64,000 bases of DNA from Octopus bimaculoides (Eukaryota). Each line of letters begins with the position of its first letter. The first letter of the stretch is position 1. The stretch covers positions 927,900 to 991,899 of the forward strand of contig NC_068998.1 of assembly GCF_001194135.2 (NCBI RefSeq), read 5' to 3'. Of this stretch, positions 40,601-52,052 are shown one piece after another. The notes beneath the pieces are model-generated. The model did not search any database and was not told the origin of the DNA. It worked only from the letters and a program-made list of their open reading frames with translations. Made by a program: the position numbers and the translations under genes.

Positions 40601-41061
40601 TGATGATGATGATGATGATGAAGATAGCTACAACAACAGCAACAACAATGATGAATAAATATATTTCTTATTTTCTTTCACCTGAAATGAACTTTCCACC
40701 TCCTGTGTCTCATGGTTCAATGTCTCTCAGAAATGGGATTCAAGATATTTTTGTTGTGTGTTTTGTGTGTGGTGGAAGTCATGGTGGCATTGGTGGTGAT
40801 GGTGGTGATGACGGTGGTGGCGGCAGCAGCGGCGGTAGTGGTGGTAGTAGAAACTTCTTACTTTCCATTTAATATTACATTGCCTGTCTCTTCTGTTCCA
40901 GAAGCTGGCATGAATATTCAACTGCAGCACCAACAGCTACATACCTCTACTACCACCACGACAACTACCACCACGACAACCACCACCACCACCACCACCA
41001 GTGTACACTACACTCATACATATTCTTGGATTCATATACATACACACATACATACATATAT

Positions 41062-41092
<31 letters not shown>

Positions 41093-41282
41093 GATGTATA
41101 GGGAAAAGGAAGATGAGCAGGATATTGCATAAATATTCATCTAATGTATATAATGTACATATATATGTGTGTATGTGTGTTTATGTCTGGATGGTTACAT
41201 ATATACATACGCACACACATACACACAAAGAGAAAAGAGAAGTAGGATGTTGCATAAATATTTATGTAATAAGTTACGTGTG

Positions 41283-41319
<37 letters not shown>

Positions 41320-42405
41320 NNNNNNNNNNNNNNNNNNNNNNNNNNNNNNNNNNNNNNNNNNNNNNNNNNNNNNNNNNNNNNNNNNNNNNNNNNNNNNNNN
41401 NNNNNNNNNNNNNNNNNNNNNNNNNNNNNNNNNNNNNNNNNNNNNNNNNNNNNNNNNNNNNNNNNNNNNNNNNNNNNNNNNNNNNNNNNNNNNNNNNNNN
41501 NNNNNNNNNNNNNNNNNNNNNNNNNNNNNNNNNNNNNNNNNNNNNNNNNNNNNNNNNNNNNNNNNNNNNNNNNNNNNNNNNNNNNNNNNNNNNNNNNNNN
41601 NNNNNNNNNNNNNNNNNNNNNNNNNNNNNNNNNNNNNNNNNNNNNNNNNNNNNNNNNNNNNNNNNNNNNNNNNNNNNNNNNNNNNNNNNNNNNNNNNNNN
41701 NNNNNNNNNNNNNNNNNNNNNNNNNNNNNNNNNNNNNNNNNNNNNNNNNNNNNNNNNNNNNNNNNNNNNNNNNNNNNNNNNNNNNNNNNNNNNNNNNNNN
41801 NNNNNNNNNNNNNNNNNNNNNNNNNNNNNNNNNNNNNNNNNNNNNNNNNNNNNNNNNNNNNNNNNNNNNNNNNNNNNNNNNNNNNNNNNNNNNNNNNNNN
41901 NNNNNNNNNNNNNNNNNNNNNNNNNNNNNNNNNNNNNNNNNNNNNNNNNNNNNNNNNNNNNNNNNNNNNNNNNNNNNNNNNNNNNNNNNNNNNNNNNNNN
42001 NNNNNNNNNNNNNNNNNNNNNNNNNNNNNNNNNNNNNNNNNNNNNNNNNNNNNNNNNNNNNNNNNNNNNNNNNNNNNNNNNNNNNNNNNNNNNNNNNNNN
42101 NNNNNNNNNNNNNNNNNNNNNNNNNNNNNNNNNNNNNNNNNNNNNNNNNNNNNNNNNNNNNNNNNNNNNNNNNNNNNNNNNNNNNNNNNNNNNNNNNNNN
42201 NNNNNNNNNNNNNNNNNNNNCAACGGTGAGGGTGGTGGTGGTGGCGGTGGTCGAACTCTTTGACCAAAGACCCAGGTTGTCTTATTCCACTTCATTAAAA
42301 ATATCTCTGCTGTTTCTGTTGAGGTATGTATGGTTGGTGTGTGTGTGTGTGTGTGTGTGAAAACTGTATTTAATTTTGAGTGGGGAAAACCATGTTTGAA
42401 TGACA

Positions 42406-42437
<32 letters not shown>

Positions 42438-42445
42438 TCTCCCTC

Positions 42446-42486
<41 letters not shown>

Positions 42487-44474
42487 CTCAGTCTCTCTCT
42501 CCCCCTCTGTATGTATATATAAAGTGTATGTTGTATTGAAACTTTGTCACATTGCAGAGGTAGGAGACATAATGGAGATGGTCCCTGCTCTGTTGTGGAG
42601 CCTTTGTTCCCTTACCCGGACGTGTTGTGGCAAAGAGTTGGAATTATCAATATTTATGATTAGGTTAAACTTTATTAAGGGAGGTGAACATTTGGAGTTG
42701 TATTTCACCACCACCAGCATCACCAGCTTCACCAGCATCACACTCATCGTCAGTGATAAAAGACAAGGGTAATAGAGATTCTTCGGTCCCACCTAGCTTG
42801 TTTGACCCCAATGTCCTGAGGTATGGGTGGTGGTGAGGGTGTCTTGGTATGTGCTGTGATGTAATCCATTCTAATCTGTCAGATGTGGTTCTGTGTGATG
42901 AGGTAAATATCTCCTGTTTCTCTGGTGCAAAATCTCTCCGTCTGCCGAAGGGGCCAGGTTATGAGGGGCTGGGCTGTATGGTGTCGGGTCGTGGCAGGCT
43001 GTGTTATATTGTGTCCATCTGTGGAGGTCAGTTTCTCTTTGGGTGTGACGTAACAATCTTGATGTTCGTCTCTATTACATGGGGCAGGGNNNNNNNNNNN
43101 NNNNNNNNNNNNNNNNNNNNNNNNNNNNNNNNNNNNNNNNNNNNNNNNNNNNNNNNNNNNNNNNNNNNNNNNNNNNNNNNNNNNNNNGGGGGTGGATTGG
43201 TGGCAAATATCTTGTCATCATTCCACTGCAGAGAGTCTGGCTTGTTGGGGAGGTGGTGCAATCACAAGGTCATCAGATACCTTTTGTGGTAGAATTTCTT
43301 ATTGTTTGAGTTCAAATCCCATTGAGGTCAACTCTGTCTTTTGGTTCCTCCAGTGTTCGTAAATAAACTACCAATCAAGTACAGGGAGTGGTGGTAGGGG
43401 TAGTCCTCCTCCCCCTCCTCCTCTTCCCCCTCGTCTTCTTCCTCCTTCCCTCCTCCTTTTTTCTCCCGTCCTCCTCTGTTCCCCCTCCTTCCCTCACTTC
43501 CCCTCTGTCTCTGCCTCATCTATTTCCCCTCTATCTCCTCCTCCTCTCCCCTTCCACATTCTCCTCTTTCTCCACATTGCTCTTCTTCCTCTCCTCTATC
43601 TTCTCTCTCTTCCCTCCTCTCTCTCTCTCTCTCTCTCTCTTCTACCTCTCCTCTTCGTCATCGTTGTTGTCCTCCTCCTCCAGTATGCCCACCACTTTAG
43701 AATGCTCTCCTAGATTAATATGATTGGCTTACAGTCCCAGAGGGTCACAGCCCTGAAACAAAATGCGTTTAGTGCACAATGTCTGGTGAAGTCGAATTCA
43801 AAGTGTTGCTTTGTAAAAACCTCCTCGTTTTATTATTCCATCTCTTTTTTCTTTATGGTTCATAGTTTTCCTTCAGAAACTCTGTGATTCTATGCAAAGT
43901 TTATTACAGTTCATTATTCATCCTGTATTATTCCATTATTTCTAACTCAGCCATGTTCTCTCTTGAATTGCAGGACCAAACTGCTGAGAACCTACCCTAA
44001 ACTGCACTTACCATTCAATGCTACTGTCTGCACCTTGACGTTTGGCTGTGCTTTACCTGTTGCAATTGCATTATTTCCACAGACTTGCAAGGTAAATATT
44101 CTTAGATCACACTCACACAGCAGTCATAGATACACTTAGTGCATCTACACACACATGCACGCACAAATATATAAACATCTTTAAAATCAAAAAGAGCCAT
44201 ACATTATTTAGTTGTAGATATCCCTAAAGGACAGGATGGTCATGGCTGGAATCATAGGTCTGATTGATTAGATTTGACTAATGACTCAGCAACAACAACA
44301 GCTCTAATATACAACAATAACTCATGCGTATAAAGCAGTACCAGTAATTAACCAGTCACATATAATTGTTCTCTGATGTTGTGATTTCTCTTACAGATCC
44401 GTGTTGAGAAAATGGAACCTGAGATTCGTGGTTTAACAACAGAGGAATATGTCTATTGTAACAAGGGTTTGTAA
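25001..44474 (+). CDS. SFXN5: Sideroflexin-5-like mitochondrial inner-membrane transporter, full gene model: join(25001-25066,29971-30144,31083-31137,32941-32966,33570-33680,34417-34482,34579-34669,35677-35792,36800-36885,43974-44091,44397-44474); 987 nt, 328 aa
   Basis: All introns are GT-AG with matching phases and no internal stop. The translation has sideroflexin hallmarks: [66 protein letters not shown]-terminal [13 protein letters not shown] and [17 protein letters not shown] match the SFXN5 subtype as I recall it. Confidence 0.93.
25190..25383 (-). mobile_element. SINE family A copy in SFXN5 intron 1
   Basis: Reverse complement of the family A consensus with A- and B-box. Confidence 0.85.
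27032..27345 (+). repeat. Two-unit minisatellite (A=GTGATTAGTATAAT x16, B=GTGAGATTGAATAAT x6) with a higher-order duplication
   Basis: Unit order A A' [A B A A B A A A A B][A B A A B A A A A B]; both bracketed blocks are 143 bp. Confidence 0.95.
29971..30144 (+). CDS. SFXN5: SFXN5 exon 2 ([19 protein letters not shown]...[10 protein letters not shown])
   Basis: Acceptor ttttctag|, donor CAG|GTAAGA, 174 nt, phase 0-0. Confidence 0.95.
31083..31137 (+). CDS. SFXN5: SFXN5 exon 3 ([18 protein letters not shown])
   Basis: Conserved HPDT motif; acceptor tttcag|, donor CAG|GTAGAA, phase 0-1. Confidence 0.95.
32941..32966 (+). CDS. SFXN5: SFXN5 exon 4, 26-nt micro-exon (GFVPFGSPF)
   Basis: Polypyrimidine acceptor ctctttcag|, donor |GTAAGT; required to restore phase 1->0. 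Confidence 0.9.
33105..33245 (+). mobile_element. Interspersed repeat family E fragment. Related: 46890-47040(-), 46610-46675(-)
   Basis: catcatcattcaac.tc...ggcatgggt.ggacagtttgacagg...ttctatggctggatgcc. Confidence 0.65.
33570..33680 (+). CDS. SFXN5: SFXN5 exon 5 ([10 protein letters not shown]...[17 protein letters not shown])
   Basis: Acceptor ttcctgcag|, donor AAG|GTAAGC, 111 nt. Confidence 0.95.
34040..34155 (+). mobile_element. tRNA-headed SINE family D fragment. Related: 27675-27790(+), 35300-35480(-), 28250-28305(-)
   Basis: A box tggctaagtgg, B box gagttcgattcc, then ttgagcaa(g/a)acact. Confidence 0.7.
34417..34482 (+). CDS. SFXN5: SFXN5 exon 6 ([22 protein letters not shown])
   Basis: Acceptor cttccgcag|, donor |GTAAGT, 66 nt. 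Confidence 0.93.
34579..34669 (+). CDS. SFXN5: SFXN5 exon 7 ([13 protein letters not shown]...RFVPFPAV)
   Basis: Acceptor tcccag|, donor |GTGAGT, phase 0-1. Confidence 0.95.
35677..35792 (+). CDS. SFXN5: SFXN5 exon 8 ([24 protein letters not shown]...AAKV)
   Basis: Acceptor ttgatag|, donor |GTGAGA, phase 1-0; absent from the ORF track but matches the sideroflexin N..LMR..E..GI.V.D motif. Confidence 0.93.
36800..36885 (+). CDS. SFXN5: SFXN5 exon 9 ([29 protein letters not shown])
   Basis: Acceptor ttcttacag|, donor |GTGAGT, phase 0-2. Confidence 0.95.
37640..37832 (+). mobile_element. SINE family A copy in SFXN5 intron 9
   Basis: gagttggcagaattgttaac...gagttcaaatcccgccgaggtcgact...ggccttgtgcct. 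Confidence 0.85.
39607..40085 (+). mobile_element. 5'-truncated R4/Dong-like non-LTR retrotransposon (REL endonuclease C-terminus, 3'UTR, (TAA)n tail)
   Basis: [62 protein letters not shown]...TAYILRK shows the PD..ID..K..KY restriction-like endonuclease pattern; (TAA)n on both sides. Confidence 0.8.
40181..40298 (+). mobile_element. Second, 73-bp 3'-end copy of the same R4/Dong-like element with its own (TAA)n tail
   Basis: 40181-40253 matches 39995-40067 with 7 mismatches in 73 bp. Confidence 0.8.
40300..40515 (-). mobile_element. SINE family A copy in SFXN5 intron 9
   Basis: Reverse complement of the family A consensus. Confidence 0.85.
43974..44091 (+). CDS. SFXN5: SFXN5 exon 10 ([14 protein letters not shown]...[14 protein letters not shown])
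   Basis: Acceptor ttgcag|, donor AAG|GTAAAT, phase 2-0. Confidence 0.93.
44397..44474 (+). CDS. SFXN5: SFXN5 terminal exon ([10 protein letters not shown]...VYCNKGL*)
   Basis: Acceptor ctcttacag|; family-typical NKGL stop. Confidence 0.95.
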   Translation: MRVEKMEPEIRGLTTEEYVYCNKGL

Positions 44475-44989
44475 GCCTTCAGCTCTAGTTTAGGGACTCA
44501 TGTGCATATAAGCATATACATGTGTAGATATAGTTATACTTATATATATGTACACACACACACACAGACACGCACACACGTACATACACACACAATGTAG
44601 ATATTGAAAAACAGCACGTATTCACATATGCATATAAAAACATGCCTGCAAACACACACATGCATAGGTGAACAAAATTATACACACAGATATATACACA
44701 TGTATTCACACACACACACACATATGCCTACATAATACACACACATAAACACACACACACACACACTCACATACAGATACCTATATGCATACACACATAT
44801 AGAACTGTTAGTTCATACATGTGAAAATATATTTTGATACTTTGTTTTCTCATCCAACCCATACAAGCATCAAAAACCGATGTGAAATGAGCGTGTTGAT
44901 GATAATGATGATGATGAGGATGATGATAATGTTGAAGAATCATTTTTCTTTTGTATTTTTCTTTTCATTCCAAAGAGTGTAATGGGAGC

Positions 44990-45175
44990 TTTTACATGCC
45001 ACCAGCAATAACCACGACTATGCACAGGTGCCATTTACATGGCACCGACAGCAACCACAACTACGATTCATGGGTGCTATTTACATGGTGCTGCCAATAA
45101 CGACGATTCCTGGGTGCCAATGTAGCAAATGACCATGACTACGATTCACGGGTGCCATGTAAATGGCACCAGCAT
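44990..45175 (+). repeat. Degenerate ~40-bp tandem repeat with internal palindromes GGTGCCAT-N4-ATGGCACC
   Basis: Units begin acgattca(c/t)gggtgc; palindromes at 45027-45046 and 45151-45170. Confidence 0.75.
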
Positions 45176-45409
45176 GGCCACAACAATGATTCCACTTGGC
45201 CTAACGAATCTTCTCTCGCACACACCACATCCAATGCCTCTTGTGCCTAATTTTTTTTCTCAAAATGCTTACACTCTGTTGTTCATGCACACTGACACTG
45301 CACATCCAGTGAAGCATACTAACTTCTTCCAAGCTTTTGCATGTCCTCTGCGGTCACAGTCCATGTTTCACTGCCATGTAGCATAGCTAACTATATATAN
45401 NNNNNNNNN

Positions 45410-45448
<39 letters not shown>

Positions 45449-45879
45449 ACACACACACACATGTATGGTTTTTGTCTCTGTTTTTACTCTCTCCATCAAC
45501 ATTTCAATAAGTCTGCTGCTATTCTTCTTAAATTTACCATTAACTCTCCTCCCCCCCTCCCAAATACACAGCTTCCCCTTCTTACTTCTCCCTCAGTCTC
45601 ACTCTCAATATTCTTCCATCCCATGTGCTTAGTTACACACACGCATGGACGCACACACGCATGGACGCACACACACACGATTAGAAGATAAATTACCATG
45701 GTTGCTATTTAGACAGCAATGACTGTGGAATGGAATTAATTGCTAAACTTTATAAGAATCTTGCATACTTTTGTCATTCCACTTACAGAAAGTGTTATCA
45801 AATATTATTTTGGTTTTGTGGTTTTATCTGAAAATACCAAAGTTACTGGCTGTTAATTACTGGAAACAAACGATTCTTA

Positions 45880-46230
45880 ATTAAGATTGTTTGTTAATTA
45901 ACATTCAGAATCTAAAGTGAAGATTGAATAATGTTTACATAAAGAAATGTGATTAATTAGCCCAAAACAAAATGACTGCTAATTAATATGAATTGTTAAT
46001 TAACATTTAGAAGCAAAATCGAAGCCCAGATAATATTTACATGCTGGAATATGATTAATTATGTATAAATACTTGCTATTAATTAACATGGCTTGTTAAT
46101 TAACATTTGCAAGAAAAATCAAGCTCGAGTAACATTTATGTGCAGAAATATGATTAATTATGCATAAATATGTATTGTTAATTAACATGTTAATTGACAT
46201 TTAGAAACATACTGAAGTTTGGCCAATGTT
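45880..46230 (+). repeat. Degenerate ~100-bp tandem repeat rich in TTAATTAA/TAATTA
   Basis: Motif tgttaatt(a/g)acatt recurs at about 45891, 45993, 46093 and 46188, followed by similar tttacat...gaaat.tgattaatta in the first three units. Confidence 0.75.
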
Positions 46231-47215
46231 TTCAGCTAGAAATATAAACCCGTGAAGTAGAAGTTGGGGCTGAGTCTGAAGAAGTAAATATTTTCATCCA
46301 ATTGTCTTTATATTCCATTAAATTTGATTGTTGGTACATTTACTACATGTGCCTACACATGTAGTATATAAATATATGTATACATCTTTACATGCATGCA
46401 TATGTATTCATATAATGATATATATAAGAAATTAACAGCGCAAAAGTCAATACAAAGAGTACGCCATCCAATGAGAGTTCACTATTTCTAAATGTTTCAG
46501 CTACATGTACTTATCGTGTTACTAATAGTTTCCTGTACATGCGTACATTCGTCAGGCATCAATCGCATTATACTCCAATTAACTTTAGTTTAAACAGAGG
46601 AACAGTTTAGAACCGGCATAAAGACCGTCCCACCCATGCTAACAGAGATGGCAGACATTAAACGATGATGATGATGATGTATATATGTGGATTACTTCAT
46701 AACTATTTAGAAAAACAGCAACAGAGCTAACATGCATGTTGTGAACACTTCCTTCCAGAAACTTCATGCCATTCTGCTTATTAAACAGTTTTTACTATAA
46801 TTAATAATTTTTATTTTCGGAAAAACTTTCTTCAAATATTCTGACAATCAAAAATGTTTTGCAAAACCATTTTAAAATAAATACAGACACACACATGCAT
46901 GTATATACACATACACTTTGTTAAGTGGTTGGCATTAAAGAAGGCATCTAGCCATAGAAACTGAAGCCTGGTGCAGTTCTTGGCCTTCCAAGGCCCTGTC
47001 AAACTGTCCAACCGATGCCAGGAAGGAAAACTGAAGTTAAATGTAAATATGTTAGTGTAATGGGATGCAGTAGGTGCACAGCAACTTACCACACATACAT
47101 TAAACTTCTTACCTGATCTGACAGGGAAAGATTCAGACAGTAAATGGCTAAACAAAATACCAACAGCACCATGCTTCAAATTATTTTCTCATGCTATATA
47201 TATTCCTCTCTAAAC

Positions 47216-47254
<39 letters not shown>

Positions 47255-48251
47255 CACAAGTACNNNNNNNNNNNNNNNNNNNNNNNNNNNNNNNNNNNNN
47301 NNNNNNNNNNNNNNNNNNNNNNNNNNNNNNNNNNNNNNNNNNNNNNNNNNNNNNNNNNNNNNNNNNNNNNNNNNNNNNNNNNNNNNNNNNNNNNNNNNNN
47401 NNNNNNNNNNNNNNNNNNNNNNNNNNNNNNNNNNNNNNNNNNNNNNNNNNNNNNNNNNNNNNNNNNNNNNNNNNNNNNNNNNNNNNNNNNNNNNNNNNNN
47501 NNNNNNNNNNNNNNNNNNNNNNNNNNNNNNNNNNNNNNNNNNNNNNNNNNNNNNNNNNNNNNNNNNNNNNNNNNNNNNNNNNNNNNNNNNNNNNNNNNNN
47601 NNNNNNNNNNNNNNNNNNNNNNNNNNNNNNNNNNNNNNNNNNNNNNNNNNNNNNNNNNNNNNNNNNNNNNNNNNNNNNNNNNNNNNNNNNNNNNNNNNNN
47701 NNNNNNNNNNNNNNNNNNNNNNNNNNNNNNNNNNNNNNNNNNNNNNNNNNNNNNNNNNNNNNNNNNNNNNNNNNNNNNNNNNNNNNNNNNNNNNNNNNNN
47801 NNNNNNNNNNNNNNNNNNNNNNNNNNNNNNNNNNNNNNNNNNNNNNNNNNNNNNNNNNNNNNNNNNNNNNNNNNNNNNNNNNNNNNNNNNNNNNNNNNNN
47901 NNNNNNNNNNNNNNNNNNNNNNNNNNNNNNNNNNNNNNNNNNNNNNNNNNNNNNNNNNNNNNNNNNNNNNNNNNNNNNNNNNNNNNNNNNNNNNNNNNNN
48001 NNNNNNNNNNNNNNNNNNNNNNNNNNNNNNNNNNNNNNNNNNNNNNNNNNNNNNNNNNNNNNNNNNNNNNNNNNNNNNNNNNNNNNNNNNNNNNNNNNNN
48101 NNNNNNNNNNNNNNNNNNNNNNNNNNNNNNNNNNNNNNNNNNNNNNNNNNNNNNNNNNNNNNNNNNNNNNNNNNNNNNNNNNNNNNNNNNNNNNNNNNNN
48201 NNNNNNNNNNNNNNNNNNNNNNNNNNNNNNNNNNNNNNNNNNNNNNNNNNN

Positions 48252-48296
<45 letters not shown>

Positions 48297-48318
48297 ATAT
48301 ATATGTGTGTGTTTTTGC

Positions 48319-48520
48319 GTCTGTGTTTGTCCCCACCAACATTGCTTGACAACCGATGCTTGTGGGTTTACGTCCCCATAACTTAGCGGTTCGGCAAAAG
48401 AAACCGATAGAATAAGTACTAGGCTTACAAAGAATAAGTCCTGGGGTCGATTTGCTCGACTAAAGGCGGTGCTCCTGCATGGCCACAGTCAAATGACTGA
48501 AACAAGTAAAAGAGTAAAGA
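48319..48520 (-). mobile_element. Interspersed repeat family C (SINE-like), near-complete. Related copies approx. 9790-9990, 32340-32520, 57830-57880
   Basis: Shared ttttacttgtttcagtcatt.gactg.ggccatgc...gttgtcaagc...ggggacaaac. Confidence 0.75.
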
Positions 48521-48526
48521 GTATAT

Positions 48527-48567
<41 letters not shown>

Positions 48568-49720
48568 TACATTATCCTGTACCTTTCCCTTTGTCATTTT
48601 GATTTTTTTCTAATACTTCAATCCCGCTACCTCTCTCTCCTCCTTCGACGTGACCGTTGTTCGGCCAGCCATGATCTTTCTTTCTTGGCCCGACTGCCGA
48701 CCGCCAACACCTCTTATGGCCATCTATGTCCCTGCCTTTAAGCTTTCACTTTATACACGCCAGCTCAATTTGATTCGGCCTCAGTTGTTGTTTGTATTTG
48801 TAATTCTCCGTTATTTGTCTTGGTTGTTGCACACATTCACTAGCTTTCTTACAAAAAATCTAATGCTCTTAGCTTAGACTTTTATGGGGGCAACCAGACG
48901 GAACAATCACAAGTGTAACCACCCGAAACTGTAAGGACATCTGGTAACTTGACTGACGAAAGAAGGCCACGAATGTGAGTTGTGTCTTGCGTCTGTTCAT
49001 TGATTTTGTGTTGTAACAGCACTCTTTCCAATTCTCTTTCATCCATAAGTTTCTGAGGCCCCTCAAAAAGTAAAGAATTATCGGTGCAGCCCTTTTTTTT
49101 CGTGATTAAAAGGGGAAAATAAATAAATAAACAAATAAATAAATAAAAGGCGAGATAGGATTACTCTTGGCCAGAGATCTTCCTTGATTAGGTCTGACCG
49201 GTGTTGATTTCATTTCGAATTTAGGCACAAGGTCTGCAGTTTGGGGTGAGGGGTTTCATTGGACACTAGTTATCAATTCCAGTACTATACTGGTCCTTCA
49301 TTTTATCGGTCCGGGAAGGATGAAAGAGAAAGCTGATTTCAACTGGAATTGAACTCAGACCATAAAAGGCCACGACAAATGTGGCAAGATATTTTATTTG
49401 CCGCTCTAGCAATTCTGTCAACAAACAGCAACAACAACAACAATGATAACAACAAGAACAATAATTATTCTATCAGTGACGACAATAGGAATAACAACAG
49501 CAACAATAAGCTAACAACTGTTGTAATAAAAGAAAGAACAACAGCATGGCAGCAACGATAACAATACTAACAACAACAACAACAACAACAATTGCGTTTC
49601 ATTGAGAAACAAACCATAAATTCTGCTGGAACCACTTAAGATTTCTGTTGAAGGTATTTCGCAGAGGGCGCTCTTCAACATATATCTCGTTAACTAGCGC
49701 GCGCTTTCCGGATTCCAAGA

Positions 49721-49765
<45 letters not shown>

Positions 49766-50065
49766 ATGATATATATATTCATTTTGTTTGAAAATTTATA
49801 ACCTGTCTTGCATGCGTGTGTATAACATACAACATACATATATACACAAACACACTGCATATATATATATGTGTGTGTGTATGTGTGTGTGTGTATATAT
49901 ATATATATANNNNNNNNNNNNNNNNNNNNNNNNNNNNNNNNNNNNNNNNNNNNNNNNNNNNNNNNNNNNNNNNNNNNNNNNNNNNNNNNNNNNNNNNNNN
50001 NNNNNNNNNNNNNNNNNNNNNNNNNNNNNNNNNNNNNNNNNNNNNNNNNNNNNNNNNNNNNNNNN

Positions 50066-50108
<43 letters not shown>

Positions 50109-50217
50109 GTGTGTGTATGTAAGGATGTATGTATTTATTCGTGTATGTGCGCGCGAACACACACATATAAATTGATATATAGGCGCGTATTTAAATACAT
50201 ACATTCATTAGAAATAT

Positions 50218-50254
<37 letters not shown>

Positions 50255-51133
50255 AATTTATAGAAAGGTATACATCCGCACATTTATGCATGCTTCCAAA
50301 TATATACAAATGTATTCACGCACATACAGACACATAAAGACACACACATACATATACATGCACATACATACGAGTGGAAACACATACACACATCGCTCAC
50401 AGACTTATGCAGAAATATACAAATATACATCGATGCATACCTCAATGCATATACATACATGTACATCCATGTACCTACATGTACGCATACACATTCACAT
50501 AGATAGATAGATAGATAGATAGATACATACATACATACATGCATACATGCATAGAATAAATGTAAATATAGTTTGAAGTCGAATATTGGTAGGAGGTGAA
50601 GTGATAGGAAGGGAAAGTGGAGGAGGGGGACGAACAGTAGAGAGAGGTAAAGGCATACATAAATAGAGAGAGAGGGTGAGAAAGAGAAAGTGAAAGAAAG
50701 AGAAAGTGAAAGAAAGAGAGAGATGGAGAGGGAGAGGTGGTCAACAGAGAATCTGTTCATTTTATATAAAACGGAGCAGAAAGACATGACAGGAGTTTAA
50801 CGGACACAATCGACCATTGGTGGATATGAGGAAGGTGATTGTTGTTGTGGTGGTGGTGGTGGTGGTGGTGGTGGTGCTTTTTGGCAATTGCAGTAATGGC
50901 GACGAAGTGAACTAGAAACAGAATGGCATATATATGTGCAGTTGTCTGCGTGTATATATACATATAATGTATGTATATGTGCATGTGTGTGTATGTATGC
51001 ATGCATTTGTGTACGTATGTTGTGTGCAAGTTTTTATGCGTGTATATATGTATATGTATCTATGTATGTAATTTTTGGCGGGGGGGGGGAGGTGCTAATG
51101 GGTATATGTCAATTCAGACCAGTGCTAAGTCTA

Positions 51134-51380
51134 TTGGGTTGGTGCATAATTATTGCGGCTTTTTTTCAACAAATTTCATTCAACAAAAACAATAGCAATA
51201 TTTGACAAAAAACATCTTTAAATGACGGTCTGATCGTCTGCCAAGCAAATGGGAAACAGTAATTGAAGTAGATGGTGAATATGCTCCGGAATAATCATTT
51301 AAGGATGTTTTTGTTACATGTTGTTTTTGTTGAATAAGATTTGTTGAAAAAAAAGCCGCAATAATTATGCACCAACCCAA
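51134..51380 (+). mobile_element. Mariner-derived MITE, 247 bp, TA target-site duplication
   Basis: Perfect terminal IR TTGGGTTGGTGCATAATTATTGCGGC plus a T-run, TA on both sides; core encodes a mariner C-terminus RSDRLPSKWETVIEVDGEYAPE*. Confidence 0.92.
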
Positions 51381-51990
51381 TATCTTCTGTCTCTTCTATC
51401 GGTGATTATGTATCTATGTGTGTGTACTTTTGCGCATGTATGTATCTGTGCACATGTATATATTTGTGTGTGTAGGTGTGTTTATCTATATGTAGAGTAA
51501 AGAGGAATTACCATTCTGGGCCCCGGTTTCTTGTAATCGGTTTGTCCATCGAGAGGATTGAGAAAAACGACCGTTCACAGTGTTCAGGGTGCAAATCGTG
51601 GTTGTCAAAGACCAAAGGATTCTGTAATCGTTGAAGTCAACTGTCATTTATACCATTTCAGTGCCGAATTCTGATCCGAAAATTCAAAGGAAGAACGTTT
51701 CAGCAGTTTGAAATTCAATCAGTTTTCTTATTTGCCATTGGAGAAGCTAGTGAAGTTACTTGTGGTGTAGAAGTCGCAGGACTTGGTTCGGGTTCTAGAA
51801 GCTTCTGCCTAGTCTAACGTTACTCATATAACACTGCTGATCTTTTTTTAAATTCCAAATATGTTTTCAATGTGATGAAGTGTTCTTTTAGTATCGATGA
51901 CAAAATTTGCTGGTTCAGGCGATTTTTAAAGTAACGATCTGGAAATCTTATTTAGCCTGTTGATGTGTTACTGGTGAACACAGAAACACA

Positions 51991-52052
<62 letters not shown>

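Noticed and set aside
41026-42433. Long ORFs (360-450 aa) in the ORF track, also at 47191-48381, 53865-55536, 22198-22860 and similar
   Set aside because: They run through N gaps and microsatellites. Only the mariner part of 54364-55536 is real coding-derived sequence.
42547-43070. Possible Penelope-like (GIY-YIG) remnant, also ~32000-32330
   Set aside because: Only faint resemblance ([12 protein letters not shown]). I could not recover diagnostic motifs; a profile search is needed.
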